A stretch of DNA of 64,000 nt from assembly GCA_002104905.1 (NCBI GenBank), contig MCFE01000410.1, positions 15,839-79,838 on the forward strand, in the 5' to 3' direction. The notes under the pieces are model-generated. The model made no database searches. It was given only the letters and a program-made list of their open reading frames with translations, and was not told the DNA's origin. Below are positions 38,741-51,730 of the stretch, piece after piece; position 1 is the first letter of the stretch; each line of letters opens with the position of its first letter. A program made the position numbers and the translations under genes. This stretch comes from Basidiobolus meristosporus CBS 931.73. Taxonomy: Eukaryota; Fungi; Basidiobolomycota.

Positions 38741-39082
38741 ATGAAGTACTTCGCCGCCAAATCTCTCGTTGGTCTTGCCATCGCCTTGGCCGTTTCTGCT
38801 TCTGAGTACTTCCCCTTCAAGTATCCCACTCCGTGCATCACTGAGTGCTCCGTAAAGGCTGGTCAGGAGCTCATGGCCCACTATACCCAGGACTCTAGCA
38901 GTCCATACTTCATGGAGTCTCTCGGATTGCTTTGTGACTCGGAGAACCCCGACCAGGTCTCGTTCATGGTGAAGAGTGCCGAGTGCATCTTCGATCAGTG
39001 CGATGGAATTGCAGACATCTCCAAGCTAATGGCCCTTGAGGGTCAAATTTGTCAATGGTATAGTGAGCATAAATCTATCTAA
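38741..39082 (+). CDS. Small secreted 6-Cys protein, copy 2
   Basis: Residues 21-84 identical to the other four copies; TATAAATA upstream. Confidence 0.92.
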   Translation: MKYFAAKSLVGLAIALAVSASEYFPFKYPTPCITECSVKAGQELMAHYTQDSSSPYFMESLGLLCDSENPDQVSFMVKSAECIFDQCDGIADISKLMALEGQICQWYSEHKSI

Positions 39083-39858
39083 GTCCCTTTATACCCACGT
39101 GCAATAAACAAACTAAATTAGTAATGATGCAAAGGAGTGAACTACTGCTCAGCGTATTGTTCAATTCAGGAGGATGTGAGAGGAAACAATGATTATTCTG
39201 CCATCGAAGCTACCTGTTACTAGGGATGACACGACTAGCTTGATAGTTGAGGCAAATACTAAGCGGGGAATCGAATTCGGTTTCCCTGTTAACCCTGTCC
39301 ATGTAGCCATGATTGCACATCGTAATAGATTAGTCATAAAGTAGCATGCAAAATCCAAAAGTGGATCTATCAAGAACGAGAAAATAACATATGTATATCT
39401 TATATCACCATCGAAGTCCCTAAGAAAGTAACCTCACCGATGACTGAATCAGAGATTAGTAATCTTGATATTAGTTTACTGAGCCAGATCCAAGCGGAAT
39501 TGGAACGATTTGGATAGCCGAAAACAACCCAACACCTCGGGGATAGCTTCGTACATACTAATGTGACTCTAAAAGGCCAGCGTTGCCAAGTTAATTTTCT
39601 GGACGGTTCCCTCGGCAAACAATCACGAGTTGGTTCACCGCTGATCACTAATACATGGTCTAAGGGCTAGAACCCCGAGACTACCAGTCTGGCTATTCAA
39701 TCCGTTTCTGGCCAAGGGAAGTATTCTACACCAGCATTATACTTGAAGATATACCTCATGAAGAATGGGAAATGGAAAGCTAAGCTTCGGAAGGAACTCA
39801 AAGTACTATATATATGGGCTATTACTCACCTCAGCTCACTATCTAAACTCGCAACGCA

Positions 39859-40200
39859 ATGAAGTACTTCGCCGCCAAATCTCTTGCTAGTCTTGCCGTC
39901 GCCTTGGCCGTTTCTGCTTCTGAGTACTTCCCCTTCAAGTATCCCACTCCGTGCATCACCGAGTGCTCCGTAAAGGCTGGTCAGGAGCTCATGGCCCACT
40001 ACACCCAGGACTCTAGCAGTCCATACTTCATGGAGTCTCTCGGATTGCTTTGTGACTCGGAGAACCCCGACCAGGTCTCGTTCATGGTGAAGAGTGCCGA
40101 GTGTATCTTTGATCAGTGCGATGGAATTGCAGACATCTCCAAGCTAATGGCCCTTGAGGGGCAAATCTGCCAATGGTATGCCAAGCATAAATCTGACTAG
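39859..40200 (+). CDS. Small secreted 6-Cys protein, copy 3
   Basis: Same conserved core; TATATATA upstream. Confidence 0.92.
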   Translation: MKYFAAKSLASLAVALAVSASEYFPFKYPTPCITECSVKAGQELMAHYTQDSSSPYFMESLGLLCDSENPDQVSFMVKSAECIFDQCDGIADISKLMALEGQICQWYAKHKSD

Positions 40201-41142
40201 GATCTTTCACAACTATATTCAATAAATCCAATGAATAATGATACGACCCAAGCGAGTTGTTTATCATATTGAAGTTTTAGTCACTAGTCTGCTATCACAC
40301 ATTGCCACTACCCAGATGTCAGCAACCAGCTGGAGTTTATCTGTTTTCATTCGCTTGACAGTTAACTGGCCTAAACGGTAGCACATGCCCCAAGCCAGCA
40401 CCGCTAAAGCGGGTAAGTGCCCTCGCGAGTCTATATTTCTGATAAACCCTTCGCATGCACTTTGATGCTCCTCGTTATGATGAAATTCGCTGATTAGCGT
40501 AATAGGCAACCAAGTAACGCTGATTCTCTTCTCTTTATCCGCGGGATAACGATCGTCCTTTTATATCGATGGCATTTCGTACCCGTCGCATGTCCTTGAC
40601 ACCTGGTACTACCAAACATATCTGCACTGTAATGAATCGTGGGGTGGGGGGGGGGAATTGGTAGAACTGCTATGGTCCGGGCTCAATCGCGCTCAGGATT
40701 CGATGAAAGTGGACTAGAGTCATGGTGTAATGTGTGAGATCAAATATTAATGTATCGAACGCCATTGCCATTCAACCAATTTGTAGTGGCATTCATGATG
40801 CCATTTGCCACTATCCGGAGTAGCGGTTATAGGTTCGCCATCAGGAAATCGCAACGAGTTGCTCTTCACCCAAGTTATAATTCTAGATTCAACACATTGC
40901 CAAGACAATATTCTGGATCGATCTCGCATCAAACAAACGTGGATTTGTCGTCAATTGACCACGTATACGTGGCTTTAGGGCTAGAACCACAAGGTTGCTT
41001 GCTCGCATGACTATCTGTGTACGGCAGGCAAACGAGTCTTGCTCTAGTAATTGCTCATGTTCCCTTTGCCTTATAAGAGGCTTAAAGCACTATAAATAAG
41101 AACCACTCTTCAACTTAGATAGTTATCTAAACTTGAAACACA

Positions 41143-41484
41143 ATGAAGTACTTCGCCGCCAAATCTCTTGCTGGTCTTGCCGTCGCCTTGGCCGTTTCTG
41201 CTTCTGAGTACTTCCCCTTCAAGTATCCCACTCCGTGCATCACCGAGTGCTCCGTAAAGGCTGGTCAGGAGCTCATGGCCCACTACACCCAGGACTCTAG
41301 CAGTCCATACTTCATGGAGTCTCTCGGATTGCTTTGTGACTCGGAGAACCCCGACCAGGTCTCGTTCATGGTGAAGAGTGCCGAGTGTATCTTTGATCAG
41401 TGCGATGGAATTGCAGACATCTCCAAGCTAATGGCCCTTGAGGGGCAAATTTGTCAGTGGTATGCTCAGCATAAAGAAAATTAA
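41143..41484 (+). CDS. Small secreted 6-Cys protein, copy 4
   Basis: Same conserved core; most divergent 5' UTR; TATAAATA upstream. Confidence 0.92.
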   Translation: MKYFAAKSLAGLAVALAVSASEYFPFKYPTPCITECSVKAGQELMAHYTQDSSSPYFMESLGLLCDSENPDQVSFMVKSAECIFDQCDGIADISKLMALEGQICQWYAQHKEN

Positions 41485-42128
41485 GGCTGTTTACAGTACT
41501 TCATAATAAAGCAGCGGAATTAAAACCCGACCCTAAATGATGTAGAAAAAAGAGAGGTATTTTTCAGAGTGCTGGTAAAGATGAGTGAGAGAGAAAGCCA
41601 ATTCATTATTCCTCGGAATAGTTCTGGTAAGAATGTTGTGACCAGTGCATGTAGCTATGGTTGTTGATAGTATTTGGGTGGTTTAGCCAGGCCTATCTAG
41701 TATCGGAGATTAGCAATCTTGATATTAGTTTACCGAGCCAGATCCAAGTGGAATCGGAATGAATTGGATAGCCAAAAACGACCCAACACCTCGGGGATAG
41801 CTTCGTAGACACCAATAAGGCTCTAGAATGCTCGCATTGCCAAGTCAATTTTCTGGACGGTTCCCTTATCAAGCAAGTGCGAATTGGTCCACAATCGACC
41901 GCTCATTTATAGCCCAAGGGCTAGAACCCCAATATTACCAGGCTCGCGATTCCATCCGTTTCTGGCCAACGAAAGTATGCTACTCCAGTAATTTGTCTTG
42001 CTGCCGTTGTACCTGAAGATAACCCTCTTGAGAAATAGGAAATGGAAAGGCAAGCCTCATGAGGAGCTCATAACGCTATATATATGGGCTACTCCTCACC
42101 TAAGTTCTCTATCTAAACTCGCAACGCA

Positions 42129-42470
42129 ATGAAGTACTTCGCCGCCAAATCTCTCGCTGGTCTTGCCATCGTCTTAGCCGTCTCCGCCTCTGAGTACTTC
42201 CCCTTCAAGTATCCCACTCCGTGCATCACCGAGTGCTCCGTAAAGGCTGGTCAGGAGCTCATGGCCCACTACACCCAGGACTCTAGCAGTCCATACTTCA
42301 TGGAGTCTCTCGGATTGCTTTGTGACTCGGAGAACCCCGACCAGGTCTCGTTCATGGTGAAGAGTGCCGAGTGTATCTTTGGTCAGTGCAATGGCTTTTC
42401 AGACATCTCAAAGTTGACTGCTCTTGAAGGGCAAATCTGCCAATGGTATAGCGAGCATAAATCCAACTGA
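42129..42470 (+). CDS. Small secreted 6-Cys protein, copy 5
   Basis: Same conserved core; coding variant like copy 1, promoter like copy 3. Confidence 0.92.
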   Translation: MKYFAAKSLAGLAIVLAVSASEYFPFKYPTPCITECSVKAGQELMAHYTQDSSSPYFMESLGLLCDSENPDQVSFMVKSAECIFGQCNGFSDISKLTALEGQICQWYSEHKSN

Positions 42471-43594
42471 GGTTTTCTGCAACAAAATACAATAAACCCA
42501 ATGAAAAATGGCATGGAAATAGTGGATTCATTATTGTTTTTCTGGGATACTTCTCATAACGTTAATTGACTGAGACCAATCAAATTGTAATATTGGCATT
42601 GTCTAGTCGAAACAGGCGTTAATGCTTATGCTGGAGTTTTTGATATTTAAAGTGCATTCGAAAACCCCCATGATAATCTATTGGAACTCTCTGGGAAAGG
42701 TGGTTGCAATACTTGAGGCCTGAAATCATCGAACTCTGTATACTTACCGGTTATCCAAGAAATAGACATGCCCACGAAATTCACCTGTGAACCTAAGCTT
42801 TTGTCAGGTCAATAAAATTTATCTTCAGCAAAGAATAACATCAATGGTGTAAGAAATCAAGGTACCAGTATCAGTTGACCCACTGATCTCACAACATAAG
42901 GGACAATCAAATGTAAGTGTCCATTGGAATCTTGCTTGTGCACTGAAAAGTATCCAAAATTACTTGACATATAGGGGGTCAAATGAATCTGAATATTCCC
43001 GCTGAAACTGGTAGCCTAGTATTGCTTTACATCAATTAAACCAGATAGCACGACATGCTTTATAATTTTTGGTTTAAGGCACGTATGCGAATTGTCTTCT
43101 GATGTATTGGATTTCCGCCTTGCTAATGTCAACTGTAGAGGTATTTAATGTACACGATAGAAATACCACATGAGAATCAGCCAAAATCCGAATCTTAATC
43201 TCATCACTTTCAATAATTCAGGCTTGGAGGCTATGTTAGAGTATGTCGCTGTATGAAATGCACACGCGTTCACGTGGAATATAATACATGGCCAGAAGTC
43301 ATGAGTAATACACCATTTTTGGAGCACACAGCAAATATTGGGGAAGCAGAGAAATATTTGCTAAAATCGAATTGCACACTCATTTTACGATTATCGCAAA
43401 CAGAATTTGGTGCAGTGAATGTTCAAAAACCATAGAGTTGACTAAACAGCCACATATGAATGCATAACCCCTTGATTTTCCTTAATCCCTGCAAACACCA
43501 CACTCCATTCTTACCCGTTTCACAATTTCTGTTCACGCCAATAATAAACCCTCTTTAGCAACGAGAGTTGGCCAATTTTATTGAGAATTCTCTT

Positions 43595-44113
43595 TTAACT
43601 GTAATCGCCAGGAATGACGGTCCTGCATCCTTCGGTACTGAGCCCCATGTTGCAGTCATTCTTCTCATTACAACAGCGGATGCAGTACTCTCCAACATCA
43701 GGCTCGATCAAACTGACGAAGTAGGTGTAACCATCACATCCTGACTCCGGTGGGGCGCCTCGGTTGTCGAACTGGCCGCCACCATCGCTGCGTGACATGT
43801 TGTATGTTTCGGGGTTCATTTTACCAGTCACTTGGACGTAGGTGCCTGTCTGATTGAAGTGCGCAGTTTCAATGAATCCCTGTGGAAGTGGCAGCGCCTT
43901 GGGCGCCACCGAAGTTGGCTTCGTGCAGAATACCACTGCATCATGCTCATGCTGACCAATGATCATTGCCGGCTTTGGAGGTAGGAAGAGGCAGAAATCG
44001 GTAGCATTGTTCACGACTGTGAGGTGGTTGATGCTGGGGTCGCCGACGGTAATGGGCTTACCAACAACTGAATAGACAGATAGTATTGTGCAAACCAGGT
44101 TTCGGATGAACAT
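43595..44113 (-). CDS. Secreted Cys-rich protein (FCLFLPP...GGGQFD...YCIRCC type), 172 aa
   Basis: Signal peptide; several Cys; motifs DFCLFLPP, VQVTG, DGGGQFD, EYCIRCC recalled from an uncharacterised fungal secreted family; TATAAATA about 55 bp upstream. Confidence 0.8.
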   Translation of the reverse strand: MFIRNLVCTILSVYSVVGKPITVGDPSINHLTVVNNATDFCLFLPPKPAMIIGQHEHDAVVFCTKPTSVAPKALPLPQGFIETAHFNQTGTYVQVTGKMNPETYNMSRSDGGGQFDNRGAPPESGCDGYTYFVSLIEPDVGEYCIRCCNEKNDCNMGLSTEGCRTVIPGDYS

Positions 44114-47100
44114 CTCGAGTAAAGCTACTTGTTTGTTGAATGATCATTCTTCCCAGACCTGGTCTCATATTTATAATCCGTTTGTCAAGACCGATATATC
44201 TACCGAAATGCGTGGGCTCGGGTTTACGGCGGTAAACTGAGAATCACCAACGGCTCTAGTTGATGCTCGGATCATAATGTGGCTTATCGGTGTCTTCTAG
44301 AGGGCGCCAACGCCAAAGAACGTCAACCTTATTAAACCGACCCTCACCACTCTACGAAATCGTGCCTGTTTTGGAAATACACTGAGTGAGTAATTTCTCA
44401 ACATCCATCTGTCAACCGAGTACAAAATGACAGCGAGTAAATAGGAGTACAGCTGGCAATCAAAAATCAGTGGTCACGTCATGATGATGGCTATAGGATC
44501 CGTCCAAAGGAATGCGCCTGGTTAGTATTTGTCACTGCCGCCCTCGATAGAACTACTACGTATTAGCAAAGCAGAGTTGTTCCATCAGATGTGTATATAT
44601 GGATTTGGCAAGACTTTATATAGTCAAGTATTTGAATGTGACGAGTTTTACTAAACGGAAATGGTAAATGTGATTCTCGGAAATTATCGAATTAGAAAAT
44701 AGGATGTTTCTAAATCCCAAGAAATCACTGGGGATTGCGTTTCATTTTTCGATCAAGTCAACAAAAATATCAGCAACTTCGCAAAGCTTTACGGAAGGTA
44801 AGAACCGTAACACATTCGATTCACCCACAATTTTACAAATCTCCAGAATTTCGAGTTGGTAAATTCCTACTTACCGTTGTTGGGAAGATTAGTGTAGCTT
44901 TGATTCTTACCGATTTCTTATGGCCTGATCAAGGAGCTCACAATTCTCACCTGAGCAACGATTGTAAGACTGCTCTGTAGCAGGCTCTTGACTCCAATTA
45001 TTCATGGGATTTTTAAGCCTGATCGGTCACCAGTATTTGATTGATTATTAATAGATGACGTGCTGATAATGACATATTCGATTAGCTTAGCATCTATGTT
45101 AAAAATATTAGTTATTGACTCAGTTTTCAGCTTGTATGATTATGCAAAATTCACAGTTAAGTGGAAGCCTTGTAAATACAAAATCTCCGGCATATCCAAA
45201 CTGCTAAGATTTTATCCTCTAGCACTTGGATATATCATTTGACTAATTGCCAGATTTTCAATTATTAACTACATAAAACCACCATATAAAATCAGCTAAG
45301 ATCAGTTACTTGATGAAATTCCTCAAATTTATCCAAAAGACCTATATGTATTTCCTTAACTTTCTGGGGCCATTCCTGCTACATTGTAAGATCTTACAAT
45401 ACAGATCACCTTCCTCCTGGTTGTTGTGAATTGTGTATTTACACCTAGATATTTACATTAGCTTATCTCAGTGTATAAGCTTTGCTATTTCCTGTCCAGA
45501 TTATTTTCACTACAACATCAAGTACCCGAAATATGAGAATTACCAAAGCTGTGTACCAAATGCCTCAAACTGTGCACCCATAATCTTGTGAGCTTTCTAA
45601 ACATAATCCTTGAGTTTGTAATGTGAAAGTATAAGTACCGCTTATATATTCGATTAAGTGGAAACCACGCAATCTGCTAGTTGATCCAATCACAAGGAAT
45701 ATTTCCTAAGCTCTTAGAACAATAATTTCCTCATTATCATTGCAAAAATATTTAGTCTAGTACTTCTATTTTGGAAGTACTCTGTAGAATCAGCCGATTA
45801 AATCGATACCCATATATTGGACGACTCAAATATCAAGATGATAATAAGAGTAGAGTACAAGATTATCCTCGGAAGTTATGTATAGTATAGCATGGGATCA
45901 TTTGGGCAAGCTTCAAAATATCGATAGCTTCCGGAACTTGACTAATTCCATATTCCGTGGTCCAACAATTAGTGAAATGGAAACTTCAATGTATCATTCG
46001 GACGCTAAACTAAAGAACATATATAGAATTGCCCAGTCACTGGAAGCCTTGAGTTTGGCGGAAGGTATTCGGAGATTTCTGGTGGCACTAATGCTGCATC
46101 AGAGTTTGGTGGTTTTCAAGCGCCTATACCGAGGTTCGGTTGGGTAAACAATTTACCAAGCGATGAAACTATCCTGAACACCAGGGAATCCCAATATTTG
46201 CTTGTATCACCCAGTTTGGTCGAAATTACCAAGATCATCGTTCAGGTTAACCTTAAAAAGGCTTCGGAATCTATCAAGCCACTAAAGGCTTGGGATACGC
46301 GGAAGTCCGAGGAAGTAGGGCCAATGAATATCGCTTAAACTGGAGCCGTGTGAGGGAATCGACATCAGTTGCAGTAGTAAACTAACAGGGCCAATCACAC
46401 TCATTTGATTCGTGATCCAAGCGGATTTTATAGGTAAAGACTAAACATCACATAACTTAGCACGCATACCGACATTCCTTATGTTCCAATTCCCTGATAT
46501 TGACTAGTCAATCCACAGAAGCCCTTCATGACGCATAGTTGAGGCATTCTGGGCTAGCGCCATTAGGAAAGGGTGCAAATTACTCGGGCAGTACATTAAT
46601 TTGTGAGACAAACATAAGAAATCTTTGTCCATTACATGTCCTAAACACCGATGGAAGAATACAATCCAAGATGTTTCGCACTTCTTCAAAGGTCAAATTT
46701 GACTACCGGGTATCAAATCGGCTTACGTACCAACCATCAAGACCTTTGTCGCATGTACGTAGTTCTTTGCTAGTTAAAATAACCAAGTAACTGAGTTGGC
46801 GGATGGGACTATAAGAATTCGTAGGATTACCGGCCACTTCAGAACTCCATATAATTCTAGAAAAAAGGTCTGTGAGGATATATCTCTAGGGGCACATCCA
46901 GCTGTTGATAATTGGTACGGCAGAATGAAGTCCACATATCCAGGTCCAGTTTAGGACTTAGTTCTCGGCTAGATCAAATCAATCCAAAATTGGATAAAGC
47001 CCCGGCTTCCTTGTCGTGTCCAATTGCAACCAATCTAGTATGGGCCCATTCTGCACCTCTCTCTTCACTCTCTACTCCATTGTGACATACGACGATGTAT

Positions 47101-47653
47101 TTCACCCTCACTGCCTCTCTCTACATCCATCTCCGAAGTCCACCACATCATCCAAGGTATAACTTACTTATCATACCTAGCCGTCTTGGGAGTCAAAAAG
47201 ATTTTTCGGATTCACCAAATGATTGGAAGTATTAAGGGAACCATATACCACTTATAGAATCAGTGTTAATCAGGAGCATCACTACCTATCTGGGTATATG
47301 AAGTTTTCATTTTTAGATTTTTGATTTAGTGCCAAATCGGGTAAGTTACGATTAAGGTACCACCAAAAATAGAATATTTCCAGGTTTGCCAAGTTTACCT
47401 ATTTAGGCCTGAGACATAAAGAGGAACTCGGGTTGACATGAGAGACAAATGTGGTAAAAGTTAAGAAACTGTATACCATAATGGAGAGTTACCTTGATTA
47501 GGTAAAGATGTCATTGATGTCCATTTGGTAAACATGGTAGCGGATATTGTCGGATCGTGATTATAAATACCAAGTGTTTCAGCAGGCTGTCAACCAAAAA
47601 TCTTTTTCACACCACCAATCTTCCTATCCTTCCACGGCAGATCTTAATCCAAA

Positions 47654-50161
47654 ATGAGACTCGTCCCCAGAGAAATGGATAAGCTTATGCTTCACCAAGT
47701 CGGCTACTTGGCCCAGATGCGTCTTGCCAGAGGTATCCAGCTCAACCACAGTGAAGCCAGCGCCCTCATCGCCTCCCAAGCCTTGGAATTCATGAGAGAT
47801 GGTAAGCACTCTGTTGCCGAAATCATGGACCTCGGTCGTCAGTTCTTGGGTAGAAGACATGTCCGTCCTGCTGTTATGGCTACTCTTCACGAGGTGCAAA
47901 TCGAGGGTACCTTTACCGAGGGTACTTTCTTGGTTACCATTCACGATCCCATCTGTACCGATGATGGTAACCTTGAGCTTGCTCTTTATGGATCCTTCTT
48001 GCCTATCCCATCCATGGATATCTTCCCCGCTGTCGCCCCCGTTGATAAGAAGGCTCTTCCTGGATCTTTGGAGCTTCGTACCGAAAAGATCGTTCTTGTC
48101 CCCAACAGAGAGCGTGTCGCTGTCGTTGTTACTAACAATGGTGACAGACCCATCCAAGTTGGCTCCCACTATCACTTTGTCGAGACCAATGCCGAGTTGT
48201 GCTTCGACCGTGGACTTGCTTACGGTCGTCGCTTAGACATCGCTGCCGGTACCGCCGTCCGTTTCGAACCCGGAGAGTCCAAGACTGTCTCTTTGGTCGA
48301 TATCGGTGGTGACCAGGTCATCACCGGTGGTAACAACATTGCCACTGGACCTGTTGATCGTTCCAGAGTTCCCGAGATCATCGAGCGTTGCAAGGAACTT
48401 AACTTCCAACACCGCGAGCAAGAGTCTCTTCCTGCCCCCGCTCCTTTCAGCTTGGAGCACTCTACCTATGTTGACATGTACGGACCCACCGTTGGTGACA
48501 AGGTACGTCTTGGAGACACCGACCTCATGATTGAAATCGAGAAGGACTTCACCGTGTATGGTGATGAGTGCAAGTTCGGTGGTGGCAAGGTTCTCCGTGA
48601 AGGTATGGGCCAAAAGACCGCTGTTTCCGATGATGATTGCCTCGATTTGGTCATCACCAACTGTGTCATCTTGGATCACTCTGGTATCGTCAAGGCTGAT
48701 ATCGGTATCAAGGATTCCATGATTGTTGGTATTGGTAAGGCCGGTAACCCCGATGTCATGGACAACGTTACTCCAGGCATGGTGGTCGGTGCCTCTACCG
48801 AGGCTTTGGCTGGTGAAGGTCACATCTTCACTGCTGGTGCCATCGATACCCACGTTCACTTCATCTGTCCTCAACTCGCTGAAGAAGCCCTCAGCAGTGG
48901 TATTACCACCATGATCGGTGGTGGAACTGGCCCCAACACCGGTACCAACGCCACTACTTGTACTCCTGGCGCCAACCACATCGAGTTCATGCTCCAAGCC
49001 ACTGATAATGTTCCCATGAACATGGGCTTCACCGGTAAGGGTAACTGCTCTGATGCCGAGGCCCTTCGTGAACAAGTCAGAGCCGGTGCTCTTGGTCTTA
49101 AGCTTCATGAGGATTGGGGATCCACTCCTGCTGCCATTGACAACTGCTTGAGTGTCTGCGAGGAATTCGATGTCCAGGCCACCATCCACACTGATACCTT
49201 GAACGAGTCTGGTTACGTCGAAGCCTCCATTGCTGCCTTCAAGCAACGTACCATCCACACCTATCACTCTGAGGGTGCCGGTGGTGGTCACGCTCCCGAT
49301 ATCATCCGTGTCTGTGGTGAGGAATCCGTTCTTCCTTCCTCCACCAACCCCACCCGTCCTTACTGCAACAACACTTTGGATGAGCACGTTGATATGTTGA
49401 TGGTCTGCCATCATCTTGACAAGCGTATTCCTGAGGATGTTGCTTTCGCCGAATCCAGAATCCGTGCCGAGACTATCGCCGCTGAGGATGTCCTCCACGA
49501 TATTGGTGCCATCTCTGTCATCTCTTCCGATTCTCAAGCTATGGGACGTATCGGTGAGGTTATCTCCAGAACCTGGAAGACCGCCCACAAGAACAAGGTC
49601 CAACGTGGTCACTTGGCTGGTCCTGAGGAGAAGGGTACCCCTAACAACGACAACTTCCGCGCCAAGCGTTATGTTTCCAAGTACACCATCAACCCTGCCA
49701 TTGCCCACGGTTGCTCCCATATTATCGGATCCATCGAAGTTGGCAAGTACGCTGATCTCGTCATGTACAACCCCGCCTTCTTCGGAACCAAGCCTGAGCT
49801 TATCATCAAGGGTGGTGTCATTGCTTGGGCCAACATGGGTGATGCTAACGCCTCTATTCCTACTACTCAACCAGTTGTTGGTCGTGGAATGTACGGAGCT
49901 ACTGGTAGAGGTGTTCGCGCCCTTGCTCTTGTCAGTCAAGACTCAGTCGACTCTGGCGTCATTGCCAAGTACAACCTTCATAAGCAGGCTGTTCCTGTCA
50001 AGAAGTGCCGTGGCCTCAAGAAGTCTGACATGAAGCACAACGGTGTTACCCCCGAGATCAAGGTTGACCCCGAGACCTACGAAGTTTACGCCGACGGTGT
50101 CCACATGATCTGTCCTCCTGCCACCGAATTGCCCATGGCTCAAAACTACTTCATCTTCTAA
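47654..50161 (+). CDS. URE1: Urease, single-chain eukaryotic type, 835 aa, intronless
   Basis: gamma-beta-alpha fusion; [58 protein letters not shown]; TATAAATA at 47562. Confidence 0.98.
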   Translation: MRLVPREMDKLMLHQVGYLAQMRLARGIQLNHSEASALIASQALEFMRDGKHSVAEIMDLGRQFLGRRHVRPAVMATLHEVQIEGTFTEGTFLVTIHDPICTDDGNLELALYGSFLPIPSMDIFPAVAPVDKKALPGSLELRTEKIVLVPNRERVAVVVTNNGDRPIQVGSHYHFVETNAELCFDRGLAYGRRLDIAAGTAVRFEPGESKTVSLVDIGGDQVITGGNNIATGPVDRSRVPEIIERCKELNFQHREQESLPAPAPFSLEHSTYVDMYGPTVGDKVRLGDTDLMIEIEKDFTVYGDECKFGGGKVLREGMGQKTAVSDDDCLDLVITNCVILDHSGIVKADIGIKDSMIVGIGKAGNPDVMDNVTPGMVVGASTEALAGEGHIFTAGAIDTHVHFICPQLAEEALSSGITTMIGGGTGPNTGTNATTCTPGANHIEFMLQATDNVPMNMGFTGKGNCSDAEALREQVRAGALGLKLHEDWGSTPAAIDNCLSVCEEFDVQATIHTDTLNESGYVEASIAAFKQRTIHTYHSEGAGGGHAPDIIRVCGEESVLPSSTNPTRPYCNNTLDEHVDMLMVCHHLDKRIPEDVAFAESRIRAETIAAEDVLHDIGAISVISSDSQAMGRIGEVISRTWKTAHKNKVQRGHLAGPEEKGTPNNDNFRAKRYVSKYTINPAIAHGCSHIIGSIEVGKYADLVMYNPAFFGTKPELIIKGGVIAWANMGDANASIPTTQPVVGRGMYGATGRGVRALALVSQDSVDSGVIAKYNLHKQAVPVKKCRGLKKSDMKHNGVTPEIKVDPETYEVYADGVHMICPPATELPMAQNYFIF

Positions 50162-50482
50162 GCAACCAACTTAGCTTATGTAAATTTTCAAGAATAAATA
50201 TAGAATTGACGATTGTTAACCTAGCCAGCGCATTGAATATTTATGAGTCTCCATAAAGACTTGGAGCCAAAAATGCGGGAAACTAATGCCATGCATAGAC
50301 CATATTCCCTATGAATATTCAGAATATCCGTAAACCTACTTTTCTTATACTATTCCAATACCGATTACGAAATTCCGCCCGAACAATTCTGTTCTCTTAG
50401 TCTGAGACCCGACATGTATATATATAAGATCAAATCCTGTTTCTGATGTTACAAGATGGCTCAGGTTTGATATTATCAGCTC

Positions 50483-50554
50483 GGCTCAATGGTCTAGTAG
50501 TATGATTCCTCGTTCGGGTCGAGGAGGTCCCGGGTTCAATTCCCGGTTGAGCCC
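50483..50554 (+). tRNA. tRNA-Pro(CGG), 72 nt, intronless
   Basis: Acceptor GGCTCAA/TTGAGCC; anticodon arm CCTCG-TT-CGG-GT-CGAGG; T arm CCGGG-TTCAATT-CCCGG. Confidence 0.95.
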
Positions 50555-51730
50555 ACAATTTTGTTAAATATTGGTTGGAGTCGTAACCGTTGCAAGTCAA
50601 TAGTCTAGCATCCAACTATTACAGTGAAGCTTGTATGATAACCAATTTTAAAACCTAACAAGTTACATAGAAATGCGGTCATATCTACCCGCGATTTAGC
50701 GCAAGTCAAGGTATTTGCAGGTTTGCATAATCAAGAATGTACTTAGCAAAGAGGTTGATTGGTTGAATGGCCCGGAAGCATCCAGTACTGCGAACATTGG
50801 GTGGCCGTCTTGGACTTTTAAGAGCGCAGGGAAGGCTGCACGGACATCTGTGATAATTTCTTCTAACACAGTTTGTTTTCTGACAGTCACCTTGATCACC
50901 TTGACCACATTGGCATTGATTTATAGATAGAGTTATTGAAGAGGTTCTTCACCTCGGAAAGCAGGGGCCCATTAGGACCATCTTCAACGCTGGAGGTATG
51001 CTCAGTAGAGCAGATGCTTTGGTCATCCCTAAAACGTTAGCTTTGAGCTCACTTTACTACTAGCCATTCACCAAAGAGAATAGACCGACTTGATGGTCAA
51101 GCATCAGTGTTGTTGATGTTTGATTGCCCATACAGACTTGCTTGCTCCGAGATTGGCAAATAAACCAAGAGTGCAGTTTGGCGGACGAAGTGGAATTTCA
51201 TGGCTGCTAGGAAGTAATGAGAAAGAAGCTGGTCATTAAGGCTTATTACATAGACAATATTCAACAGGTGTCAATACCCTTGAAGAAATAGTCATGTTGG
51301 TAATTATACCCAAGCGGAAAAAAAGTACGCAAACGGATTAATGGACAGATTTAGTAATTCATTGCCAAGATTTATTAATCCTAGCTAACATACAGAGCTT
51401 TGTGATAATTTTGGGCGATCAAACGCCCGATTTGGAAATGGTAATGGGTATTTATTGTCACTTCAACCTAAAATGAATTTCAATGACTTCTTTGAATCTG
51501 GGCTGCTTGATGGGTCCAACATCGTTCTCAAATGCTCTGGTCATGGCCTTCACATAATGTCCATCAAACAGGTTTCGATACACTCACTCGAGGATCATTT
51601 GAATGCTACTTTTGCGATGAAAAAATCCAACACTAGGCAGTTGCTGGAGATGTCAAGTATCCTTCAGGCCATTCATTCAAATACGAGTGTACCGGTGCTG
51701 CCTTAACTGCATAAACAGACTAGCCATAGC

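Noticed and set aside
44200-47600. Short ORFs between the Cys-rich gene and urease (e.g. 45878-46147)
   Set aside because: No signal peptide, motif or codon bias; treated as intergenic or unrecognisably decayed.
47624-50143. Long antisense and alternate-frame ORFs over urease (e.g. 568 aa at 48233-49939)
   Set aside because: Expected shadow of strong codon bias in the sense gene; no recognisable motifs and no separate promoter.
47000-51700. Urease maturation or nickel-uptake cluster
   Set aside because: No UreD/F/G or NiCoT motifs seen; the ZIP gene is 16 kb away and looks like a zinc/iron permease.
50696-51706. Possible decayed gene (short ORFs, CpG retained)
   Set aside because: No frame gives a motif I can support; a tBLASTx search would be needed.
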